Shown here: positions 33,460-45,600 of the stretch, in pieces
How the letters are laid out: each line of letters opens with the position of its first letter
Numbering within the stretch: the first letter of the stretch is position 1
NCBI RefSeq assembly: GCF_964194025.1
Contig: NC_134480.1
Location: 33,666,001 to 33,730,000 of the forward strand
Source of the DNA: Convolutriloba macropyga
Lineage: Eukaryota
Direction of reading: 5' to 3'
DNA length: 64,000 nucleotides
Translations under genes and position numbers: made by a program
Notes under the pieces: model-generated
Told to the model about the DNA's origin: nothing
What the model saw: the letters and a program-made list of their open reading frames with translations, nothing else
The model's database searches: none

Positions 33460-33643
33460 GCGCGTGAACTTTGAGAAGAATCCGTTTGAGAAGGAGTCAA
33501 TGGGCTACAGAGAGTACCACGCAACACTGTGTGAACAAAATGCGCTTAAATCTTGGGAGCGGAATAACAGCAGACTTAAACAGTTCGTCAGCTGCGAATC
33601 ATCAGATCTGCAAAAGCTGGCTGACCAATGCGTTTCTGAGAAG
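33460..33643 (+). CDS. WDR81: WDR81-like exon (N-terminal region)
   Basis: catttcag| acceptor and AAG|gtttgg donor. Encodes [17 protein letters not shown]; phase 0 into the next exon. Confidence 0.6.
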
Positions 33644-36600
33644 GTTTGGTTCTCTCGTTATCTTGTCAAATTCAAAAGTACTTGCTTAACAATAATGAGG
33701 TACTAGGAAGAAATGAATCGATAGATTCCAGGTACAGTTTTTGATCTTGTATTTGTGAGGTCAACAGCAATATATATTATTCATTTAACTTCAAAAATAG
33801 AATTATTGGTAACTCTCTACATGTGATCGGATAGAGGCTCAGATTGCTGCTGTATTGTTCAAATTTTTTTCACTTGACGTCATTGCGACTTTTGTTGAAT
33901 ATACGTTCAAGCTCATTTAAACATAAGTGACATGAGTCTGGTCACTGTACTTGCTTGATAGACACCCTCAAATTATTTGCTTTCTGGGGTTATGGCAGAA
34001 ATTGATCTGGTCATCTTTTCTTTGGTCATCTGTTTTTCTGATCACCTTTTTAGGCAGTAAACAATACTATCAGAGACGTGCTTGTGGAGATATACAACAG
34101 ATGTACCATTGAATGTCCTCTTAACACGCAGGACAGAAAAGGAACAGCTGACCAGTCTAAATTACAGGTATAACTATCATATAATTGCGATCGTACCCTT
34201 CTGCAATCTACAAATTAAAAAAATCAAATATTTAAACTGGAAATGAGACGTGGCTAACTTTAACATGGGTTAAAATTTTCTATATACAAAAATGTCATAT
34301 ACCGAAGATCTCTTGACCTTGGCAAGAACATACGACATTATCATAATGTAATTTATGCATCTCTAATTGCATTTTTGATCCAGGGTGCGGACAATGTTGT
34401 TGGAAAACACGAGTTGGAGCTACAGATGCCAGTTGCAACGTCTGTCCACTCCAACATCCTACCAGCATTCTCAATTTTGGAATTCGATTCGCAGTTCATC
34501 ATTCTTCTTGAGTTCAGCGACTTCTCACTGAAAGACATTCTAGAATATTCGCCTGCTTTGGTCGAACCGTTTGAGCAGAAACACTTTCTCTTCTATCAGA
34601 TTCTATCAGCTGGAAAATTTCTTCAGGAATTGAAGATATCAATTGGTGATTTGAAGACGGCTGATTTCTTCATCGACAATAATACGTGGATTCAATTGAG
34701 TTAGTTTCTAAGAATACGGTTAAATTTTTTGTTATGAAAAGGTGTTCAATGACATTTAAGGTCATAAATATAATCATGTATAGATTACGTACGTGACTCT
34801 GCTTGAAATCACTGAGAATTTGTCGGAATTTATAATGACTTCAACAGTAACGTAACCGTACTTAAAACACGCAAATGGCACGTTTTGAAATAATGAAAGT
34901 CTGCAGTGCCAGAAATTATTCCCGAAGTTCCTAAATACATAGCCAGAAGTTGTCTTCGTGAAATATCTCCATTTTAAACCGTGGACGTTAAGTGCTTTAA
35001 GCAAGATTTCGTGAGTCTATAGAAGTCACTTCGAAATTCTGGCTTAACATCTCGAACTGCTGCGAGGTTCTCGATTTACACCACAAGTTCTCAGTGACTT
35101 CAAGCAGAGGCACGTGGCCTATACTTAAAACACGAAATCTGCTAGCTTGAAAATCGCAGAATTTCATTGAAGTCAATTTTTGGCTATGCATAAAGGATCT
35201 TCTGGCATTTTAGCTTCTGGCGCTATAGACGTTCGGCATTTTAAAACTTGCGCGTGCGTGTTCTAACAATTTGTAAAATCCTGATCCTGAATCATAGTGA
35301 ATGTCCACTTTCCAATTATGTACATCGCTTTAAATTGTGGAAAGAAATAATTAATTTGTAACTGATACTAGTGTAGTTGAGCTTTTCTTCTCCGAGAAAT
35401 AAAAGTAGCATAATTTTGTTTGTTTCAGTCCCGAATTTCGATTCCTCTTTTTCCGAAGTTTTTCAAAGCTTCGACAAGGACTTGGCGGTTCGTGAATCAA
35501 AACGTTTAGTATCCGAAATGCAGTTGTGTGAGGCTACACAAGCTTGGGTCATGGGTGCTCTGAGCAACTTAGACTATCTAATGATACTTAACGCAGCAGC
35601 GGGAAGACAAATGAACGAACCCAATAATCACCCTATTATGCCCTGGGTTACTGACTTCAAAGATATGTCTCCGAGGAGAAATCTAAAGTTCTCTAAATAC
35701 AGATTAAACAAAGGTGACGCGCAACTTGACTTCAGCTTCAGTTCTACAAAAATGCTTAAAACTGGATTTGAAAGCTCTTTGACTATTGATACGGAATCCA
35801 CGTTCATCACGGCACCTCATCATGTTACCCATTTCTTCTCAGACATCACATACTATGTGTACAAAGCAAGGATTACACCTGTTGAGGTTCTTTGCAAGCA
35901 CGTACGACCTCACTGGGTTCCGCAGGAGTATCCCGGATCTCTGGAAAGGTTGTACGACTGGAGCCCTGATGAATGCATCCCTGAGTTTTTCTTGGACCCG
36001 TCAGTTTTCAAGTCAATTCATGCGGATATGGAAGATATGACTTTGCCCGCTTGGTCTAACGGTGACGGGGAGTTATTCGTTAAGCAGCACAGAGCTATTC
36101 TGGAAAGTGATGAAGTATCGGAGAGGCTGCATTATTGGATTGACATTACTTTTGGACATCAGGTTAATATTAACACATCATTGCAATTTTTTGAAGTCAA
36201 AGTTGTGACCTGTCGTTGATAACTTGTCTTGGCTGTGTGTGAATTCTGCTGGAGTAAGGTAATTGTGTCATAGTTTCACATTCGAGCAATGAATTGTAGT
36301 GAAGTATCATAAAATTAGTTGGTGTCCTTTTGCTGAGTTTGATTTTTTTTGCTAGGTTTATTTGGATCTGCCGCTAAGGACGTGGAAACAGGAAAATTTT
36401 TTTAAGGTGATCTTTGTATTCCGTAATATAGCATGGTGGCAATAATTGTACATTATTAATTGCTCTCGAACGAAGTTTGAAGCAATTATTGTACGTGTTG
36501 GTCTTTTGTATAGCTGCGAAGCTGTAAGCTGAGCGGAGCTATATTGCGGTGCTCTTGGTTTTTACAATCCAAAGAATTTGAATTGTATTTCGGCGCTGTC

Positions 36601-39600
36601 TTTTTACGACTCGAAGAGGAGTATTGGTTTTCTCTCGATTATTTTACGACTCGAAAAGGAGTATTGTTTTTCTCTCGGTCTTTTTTTTTACAGTAAGTAG
36701 ATTTGTTCACGCGGCGTTTTGACCTAAAAGCAAAAGTGAGAAAAGCTGTCTTGGTGAACAGACTTTCGCTAAGCGAGAGAAGTTCTTTGATCATGCGCTT
36801 CGTTTAGTGAATGGCTTTTTGACTTTGAAAAGTAGTTTTTGACTGAATGGCACATATAGATAACCGTTTTTAGCCGTTTTTTGGACTAAGTGGCCCAATT
36901 TTTTTGCCTTTAATTTGGTTTCTTATAGAAATGAAGTTTATCCGCATGAATAAACCCTGTTGAGGTTCTCTGCAAGCCCGTACGACCTCACTGGGTTCCG
37001 CAGGAGTACCCCGGATCTCTGGAAAGGTTGTACGACTGGAGCCCTGATGAATGCATCCCTGAGTTTTTCTTGGACCCGTCAGTTTTCAGGTCAATTCATG
37101 CGGATATGGAAGACATGACTTAGCCCGCTTGGTCTAACGGTGACGGGGAGTTATTCGTTAAGCAGCACAGAGCTATTCTGGAAAGTGATGAAGTATCGGA
37201 GAGGCTGCATTATTGGATTGACATTACTTTTGGACATCAGGTTAATATTAACACATCATTGCAATTTTTTGAAGTCAAAGTTGTGACCTGTCGTTGATAA
37301 CTTGTCTTGGCTGTGTGTGAATTCTGCTGGAGTAAGGTAATTGTGTCATAGTTTCACATTCGAGCAATGAATTGTAGTGAAGTATCATAAAATTAGTTGG
37401 TGTCCTTTTGCTGAGTTTGATTTTTTTTGCTAGGTTTATTTAGATCTGCCGCTAAGGACGTGGAAACAGGAAAATTTTTTTAAGGTGATCTTTGTATTCC
37501 GTAATATAGCATGGTGGCAATAATTGTACATTATTAATTGCTCTCGAACGAAGTTTGAAGCAATTATTGTACGTGTTGGTCTTTTGTATAGCTGCGAAGC
37601 TGTAAGCTGAGCGGAGCTATATTGCGGTGCTCTTGGTTTTACAATCCAAAGAATTTGAATTGTATTTCGGCGCTTTCTTTTTACGACTCGAAGAGGAGTA
37701 TTGGTTTTCTCTCGATTATTTTACGACTCGAAAAGGAGTATTGTTTTTCTCTCGGTCTTTTTTTTTACAGTAAGTAGATTTGTTCACGCGGCGTTTTGAC
37801 CTAAAAGCAAAAGTGAGAAAAGCTGTCTTGGTGAACAGACTTTCGCTAAGCGAGAGAAGTTCTTTGATCATGCGCTTCGTTTAGTGAATGACTTTTTGAC
37901 TTTGAAAAGTAGTTTTTGACTGAATGGCACATATAGATAACCGTTTTTAGCCGTTTTTTGGACTAAGTGGCCCAATTTTTTTGCCTTTAATTTGGTTTCT
38001 TATAGAAATGAAGTTTATTCGATACTATATTGAAATGTCAACCTCGGAAATTGATTCACAGTGTTTTGCAGAGCCTGAAAATGCGTTTCAAGTTGAAAAA
38101 TGGCACATATTTCTTGATTTTTTAGTTAATTCTCGGCTTTTTTCTATTAATTTCTTCATTTTTGGATCTTTTAACCGTCTTTTTGTCAAAAGTCAGTTAA
38201 TATGACAACTTCTCTTTGATAATTCATATACTCAACGCCTCTTTCTACCTCGAAGTAATTTTGTTTTATAAAATTTACATATGCTAATCCGATGTTGGTA
38301 ATTTTTTCCGATTTTCGTCAGTTTTTTGTTTGTATTTTGGTTGCAATTGCTAGAAATAGTCTTTTTGTTCAACATGATTAGTTATCGTTTTTATGTCTTG
38401 AATGCTGAACAATGAAATGTATTCGTTTTTTCTTGAATTTTTGATTGATTTTTAACTTTCAAAAATCAAGAATGTGTTTTTGTTACGGTGTTCCTTACAT
38501 TGTGCCCATGTTCTTCACATTCTAGTTATTATCATTCTACTTTATCCTGCATTTATTTTCGGTACATTGATTTTTTCAGCTGTTAAAAATGATTGATTTC
38601 AGCTTTTTCTTAGATTTTCGTCATTTCTTTGGTTTGCATTTGATTTCATTCAACATAAGGCAGTAATGAGAGTTTGATAGCAAGCCATTTCCACAATTTC
38701 CACTTAAAACTGTTTACTGCAACTTTCTTCCGGCCTTGGTATTAATTTAAACGATTTTTTGCCTTTGAATATTCTTCTGCTGCTTATGTCTTTTCTATGA
38801 TCAATTTAGTTTTTGAATTAGTATGCAATCATATTGTCTAGCATATGTACAACAATGAACAAATGTGTGTTGTTTTTTGTCTCAATTGCAGTCATTAAAA
38901 GTGTTATTGTAGGTGTAGTTTGTATTGTATGGGGGTGCTGTCTTTTTCTTTAAGATTTGATAACATTTTTGCAACTTTTTGATGTCAATGAGAACTCGGA
39001 TTAGTATAGGGAGCAAAAAAGTTTAATAGGTTTGAAAGACGAGAAAAGTAGCGAGAATTTGGTGTTTGAGCAATATTTAGGTTTTTGAGAGTAAATTTAT
39101 TTTCACTTGCGACTGTTTTTAATTGCTCTCAAACGAAGTTTGTAGCAATTATATTAGTCCTGTCGGTCTTTTTTATGCGATTTTTCGCTTGACCGTTTTT
39201 CGTCTCACGCTTTTGACTTTTCGTTCTCAAAAACGGAATAAACAGGTAGCGCCCAGCGGGAATTAAGTGCTCTTAGAGCCTTTCAGCTCTGTTTCAGCTC
39301 AAACTGTTTTGGAGACTCATACTTATACTTATGGTGTGAAGGGCGGCTCTTAGAGGTTGAAGACACCCCCACTGTTGACCCACCTATTGCCCCCACCCCC
39401 CCCCCCACCGAGCTGTTGCCCCCCCCCACCCAGTGTCGCCCCCACACCCAGTGTTGCCCCACCCAATCAGCCCCGGGCACAATTCCCCCGCCCTCCCGTG
39501 GCTAGCTACTGACGAACAACCGCTTGCTAAAAACGCAAATTTATACTATTTGCCAATTTTTTTCAAGCTTTTTGAAAATTTTTGACATCTTTTGATTTTT

Positions 39601-42600
39601 ATCAGCCCTAGTTGTCAAGGAACCTCCTTTAGGATTTAAAAATAGGTTACTGTGTAGTTTCTAGTTGTAATGTAATGGTTTCAACATTTTACCATCACGA
39701 ATTTTAGCTTTTTTTTTACAAATCGTACAATTTTTTTCGAATTTTTTGACATTTTTTTCCTTATTCAGGTCTTTCCAGACCCAGGGGACAGAAAACATCC
39801 TATAGGGTTTGATAATAAGTTTTTGACAAATTTTTAATGGTAATGGAATAGTTTTTCAACTTTTTAATGTCACAAATTTTAGTAATTTTTTCATAACTTG
39901 CTTTTTTCAAGCTTTTTTGGAATTTTTTGTCGTTTTTTAGATATTTTAGCCTTAAGAGCCAGGGAACCTCCTTCTTGATTTTTTAGTTAATTCTCGGCTT
40001 TTTTCTATTAATTTCTTCATTTTTGGATCTTTTAACCGTCTTTTTGTCAAAAGTCAGTTAATATGACAACTTCTCTTTGATAATTCATATAATCAACGCC
40101 TCTTTCTACCTCGAAGTAATTTTGTTTTATAAAATTTACATATGCTAATCCGATGTTGGTAATTTTTTCCGATTTTCGTCAGTTTTTTGTTTGTATTTTG
40201 GTTGCAATTGCTAGAAATAGTCTTTTTGTTCAACATGATTAGTTATCGTTTTTATGTCTTGAATGCTGAACAATGAAATGTATTCGTTTTTTCTTGAATT
40301 TTTGATTGATTTTTAACTTTCAAAAATCAAGAATGTGTTTTTGTTACGGTGTTCCTTACATTGTGCCCATGTTCTTCACATTCTAGTTATTATCATTCTA
40401 CTTTATCCTGCATTTATTTTCGGTACATTGATTTTTTCAGCTGTTAAAATTGATTGATTTCAGCTTTTTCTTAGATTTTCGTCATTTCTTTGGTTTGCAT
40501 TTGATTTCATTCAACATAAGGCAGTAATGAGAGTTTGATAGCAAGCCATTTCCACAATTTCCACTTAAAACTGTTTACTGCAACTTTCTTCCGGCCTTGG
40601 TATTAATTTAAACGATTTTTTGCCTTTGAATATTCTTCTGCTGCTTATGTCTTTTCTATGATCAATTTAGTTTTTGAATTAGTATGCAATCATATTGTCT
40701 AGCATATGTACAACAATGAACAAGTGTGTGTTGTTTTTTGTCTCAATTGCAGTCATTAAAAGTGTTATTGTAGGTGTAGTTTGTATTGTATGGGGGTGCT
40801 GTCTTTTTCTTTAAGATTTGATAACATTTTTGCAACTTTTTGATGTCAATGAGAACTCGGATTAGTATAGGGAGCAAAAAAGTTTAATAGGTTTGAAAGA
40901 CGAGAAAAGTAGCGAGAATTTGGTGTTTGAGCAATATTTAGGTTTTTGAGAGTAAATTTATTTTCACTTGCGACTGTTTTTAATTGCTCTCAAACGAAGT
41001 TTGTAGCAATTATATTAGTCCTGTCGGTCTTTTTTATGCGATTTTTCGCTTGACCGTTTTTCGTCTCACGCTTTTGACTTTTCGTTCTCAAAAACGGGAT
41101 AAACAGGTAGCGCCCAGCGGGAATTAAGTGCTCTTAGAGCCTTTCAGCTCTGTTTCAGCTCAAACTGTTTTGGAGACTCATACTTATACTTATGGTGTGA
41201 AGGGCGGCTCTTAGAGGTTGAAGACACCCCCACTGTTGACCCACCTATTGCCCCCCACCCCCCCCACCGAGCTGTTGCCCCCCCCACCCAGTGTCGCCCC
41301 CACACCCAGTGTTGCCCCACCCAATCAGCCCCGGGCACAATTCCCCCGCCCTCCCGTGGCTAGCTACTGACGAACAACCGCTTGCTAAAAACGCAAATTT
41401 ATACTATTTGCCAATTTTTTTCAAGCTTTTTGAAAATTTTTGACATCTTTTGATTTTTATCAGCCCTAGTTGTCAAGGAACCTCCTTTAGGATTTAAAAA
41501 TAGGTTACTGTGTAGTTTCTAGTGGTAATGTAATGGTTTCAACATTTTACCATCACGAATTTTAGCTTTTTTTTTACAAATCGTACAATTTTTTTCAAAT
41601 TTTTTGACATTTTTTTCCTTATTCAGGTCTTTCCAGACCCAGGGGACAGAAAACATCCTATAGGGTTTGATAATAAGTTTTTGACAAATTTTTAATGGTA
41701 ATGGAATAGTTTTTCAACTTTTTAATGTCACAAATTTTAGTAATTTTTTCATAACTTGCTTTTTTCAAGCTTTTTTGGAATTTTTTGTCGTTTTTTAGAT
41801 ATTTTAGCCTTAAGAGCCAGGGAACCTCCTCTAGGGTTTGAAAATAGGTTTCTGAATAATTTTTAGATTAAATGGAATTTCTTGCAATATTTAATTAAAC
41901 ATCACGAATTTTAGTATTTTTGATATTTTTTTTGCCATTTTTTCAAATTTTTTAATATATTTAGTCATTATTCAGATTTAATATTCAGCCTCAAGGGTCA
42001 AAAAAGCCTCCGCTAGGGTTTGATAATAAGTTATTGATAATAAGATAATAAAATTTTTGGTGGTAATGGATTAATTTTTAACTTTTTAATATCAAGTTTT
42101 AGCAATTTTTTTCAACTTGCAGTTTGAAGTTTTTTGAATTTTTTTGTCTTTTTTATTTTCTCTAGCCTGAAGGGCCACGGAACTTCCTCTAGGGTTTGAT
42201 AATACATTACTGCATATCTTATAGATGTAATGGAATGTTCTTCAAGATTTTAATATCACGAATTTATGCAAATTTTAAAAATCTTTACAATTTTTTCATG
42301 TTTTTGAATTTTTCCGGCAACAGAGGCCCGGGGACCTCCTCCAAGGTTTGATAATAAGCTGCTGCATAGTTTCTAGAGTTAATGGGATTGTGATCAACTT
42401 TTTTATGACTCAAGTTTTAGTAATTTTTAATAACTTTAAAACTTTAAGTTTTAAAGTAATAAAAATTTAACTTTTCAGTTTTTCGGAAAATTTTTGTTTC
42501 AAGCGTATGGATCTTTATGAGCCAGTGAAACTATCTGAGGCATGAAACAGGGATACTGGATAGTCTCTTGAGACAATGATATGGTTCTTAAGATATTAAT

Positions 42601-45600
42601 GTCTTGAGTTTTAGCAAGATTTTGTTAAAATTTGCAATTTTTTCCAAATTTTTTCAATATTTTTGTCCTTTTCTGAGTTTATCGACCTTTACTGGCCAAC
42701 AAAACTTTTTCAAGTCTCCTAGATGGGTTACTTGACAGAACTTTCGAGACAAAAAATGGTTTTGATTTTTTGATTGCGGAGTTCAGAACTTTCTTGTTTA
42801 TAATTTTGCCTTCTTCAATTTTTTTCTATATGATTTATTTATTAACAAGGTTAGAAAACTAGAAGTTGCTGTGTCGAATCCAATCATGGAAGATATTCCT
42901 GTCTCCTTCTCTCTCTTTCGGTTGGGGTTCCTTTCCTTCTCTTTCTCGTTCACGTTTTATCTCTCTCTCTCTCTCTCTTTTTGTTGATTCCGCACTTCAG
43001 CTGCTGTTATGTGGCGTAATGTCACCATCTCTGATCCTCAGTATCAATGAGTTATTGTTGAAATGTTTTTTTATCATAAATGATATAACAGGCACTTTTA
43101 GGAAACCATTGTTAATTGCTCTCAAAAGCAATTTGTAGCAGATATATTAATCCTGTTTGTCTTTTTATGCAGTTTTTCGCTTGGCCGATTTTTCATCTGA
43201 CTAAATTGACTTTCGTATTCAGAAACGGGATTAAGAGGTAGCACCCTGAGGACACTAAATTGTGGCTAGCTGTTGACGAAGCCAACCGGTTGTTTGAGAG
43301 CAATTCTCCCGACGTGAGTCGGTTATGTTATAAAATTTTGCTGCATTTTGTTTTCCTTGGTGACAGTGGTTTAAGTTTCACCAATTTTTAGAGCAGACCT
43401 GGAGAGGTAGTTAATGGTTTAATACAAAAGGTAGTGGCTTCCGCTGCAATTATGGTTTTGTTAGTGAAGTTTTGACGCTTCGAGTCGCTTCCGGAATTCT
43501 TCCGGCTATGTTTTTTTTACAGGAAGTTGATTTGTTCACGCGGCATTTTGACCTAAAAGCGAAAGTGAGAAAAGCTGTCTTGGTGAAGATTTTCGCTAAG
43601 CGAGAGAAGTTTTTTGGTCATGCGCTGCGTTGAGTGAATGACTTTTTGACTTTGAAAAATAGTTTTGACTGAATGGCACATATAGATAACCGTTTTTAGC
43701 CGTTTTTTCGTCTAAGTGGCCCAGTTTTTTTTGCTTGTAGTTTGTTTTTTTGAAATAATTTTTATTCGATAATATATTGAAATGTAAACCTCGGAAATTG
43801 ATACCACAGTGTTTTGCAGAGTCTGAAAATGCGTTTCAATTTCAAACTTGGCACATATATCTTTATTTTTATTTATTTTTTTGGCCTTTTTTTATTAATA
43901 TCTTCATTTTTGGATCTTTCAGCCGTCTTTTCGTCAAAAATCAGTTAATATGGCAACTACCATTTATAATTCATTTACTCAACGCCTCTTTCTACCTCGA
44001 TGTAATTTTGTTTTATAAAATTGTACATATGCTAATCCGATTTTGGTAGTATTTTTTTCTAATTTCTGTCAGTTTTTTGTTTATATTTTGTTTGTAATTA
44101 CTAGAAATAGTATTTTTATTCAATATAAGGGACCTTAATTTCGTTTCAATAAAAATTCATTCATTTTTTGGCGTTAAGTTCTGTAAGATTATTTTCATAA
44201 ATGCAGTCTTAAAAGTTTTTTTTTACCTTTTTTTTTGCAAAATGTTCCAATTTTTCGTATGTTTGAATTCTGCTTTTTTTATTCTGTTCAGGAGGATGGA
44301 TTTTTTCTTGGATGACTCGTTGTCTTTTCGATGTCTCGAATGTTGAACAATGAAATGTATTCCTTTTTCTTGACTTTTTAATTTGATTTTTAACTTTCGA
44401 AAATCAAGAAAGTCTTTTTGTTGCGGTGTTCCTTAGATTGTGCCCATGTTCTTAACATTCTAGTTAGTATCATTCTATCTTTATCCTGGCACCTACTTTT
44501 ATTTTCGTTATATTGATTTTTTTAGCTTTTTCTTAGATTTTCATCATTTCTTTGGTTTTCAATTGATTTCATGCAACATTAGGCGGTACTGAGAGTTTGA
44601 TTGCAAGCTTTTTCCAAAATTTCTACCTATGACTATTTACTGCAACTTCCTTCCAGCCTTGGTATTAATTTAAACGATTTTTTGCCTTTGAATATTCTTC
44701 TGCTGCCTATGTCTTTTCTATTATAAATTTAATTTTTGAATTTGTATGAAATCATGTTGTCTAGCATATGTACAACAAGGAACAGGTGTGTGTTGTTTTT
44801 TGTCTTAATTGCAGTGATTAGATGTGTAATTATAAATGTTTTCTGATTCTTAAATTTGAGCTGTTTTTTTTGAAAAGATTTAACTTAATTTCTAAGATTA
44901 TTATCTGCCCTTTGCTTTCGCGATCTTTTTCAGATTAGAATCATGAATTATTTGAAGGCTATTGATAACCTTGTCAGCTTTTTCAGACTATCAGTTTTTT
45001 GACCACATTATTTATTTTGGATTTTTTAACCTTAACAAAAGTTTTCAATAATATAAAATTTTGCTGGATTTTGTTTCTTGTTGACATTGGTTTAAGTTTA
45101 ACCAATTTTTAGAGCAGACCTGGAGAAGTAGTTAATGGTTTAATACAAAAGGTAGTGGCTTCTGCTGCATTTTTGTTTTTGGTTAGTGAAGTTTTGACGC
45201 TTCGAGTTGCTTCCGGAATTCTTCCGGCTATGTTTTTTTTAAGATCTGTTCACACATTTTCATGATTTTTGAAGTCAAATTGGAGTAGTGATTTTGGTCA
45301 CGCCGAAACTGGAAATGGAGCAAAAAAGCGAGTGGTTTTGCGGCGTGGATTTTTTTGCTCTAATTTTAAAGTAGAGTGAGAAAACGGTGTTTGAACAAAA
45401 ATTCGTTTTCTCACTACGTGGTTTTTGTTCACATACGTCAATTTCACTTTGATTTTTACTGTGTTTCGATTTTTTGGATCGGATTTTTTCTAAATGATTT
45501 TCCCAATCCATTTGTAGTTCATTCTAGGCCTAGTTTTTTGTTTGAACCAGATCGCCGTTCTCGCTAGTGCTTTTCTTTGTTCACATGCGTCTTTTATCTG

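Noticed and set aside
39283-41338. Duplicated Gly/Trp-rich ORFs ([11 protein letters not shown]...)
   Set aside because: They are translations of C-rich tracts in a repeat, and the two copies differ by frameshifting indels.
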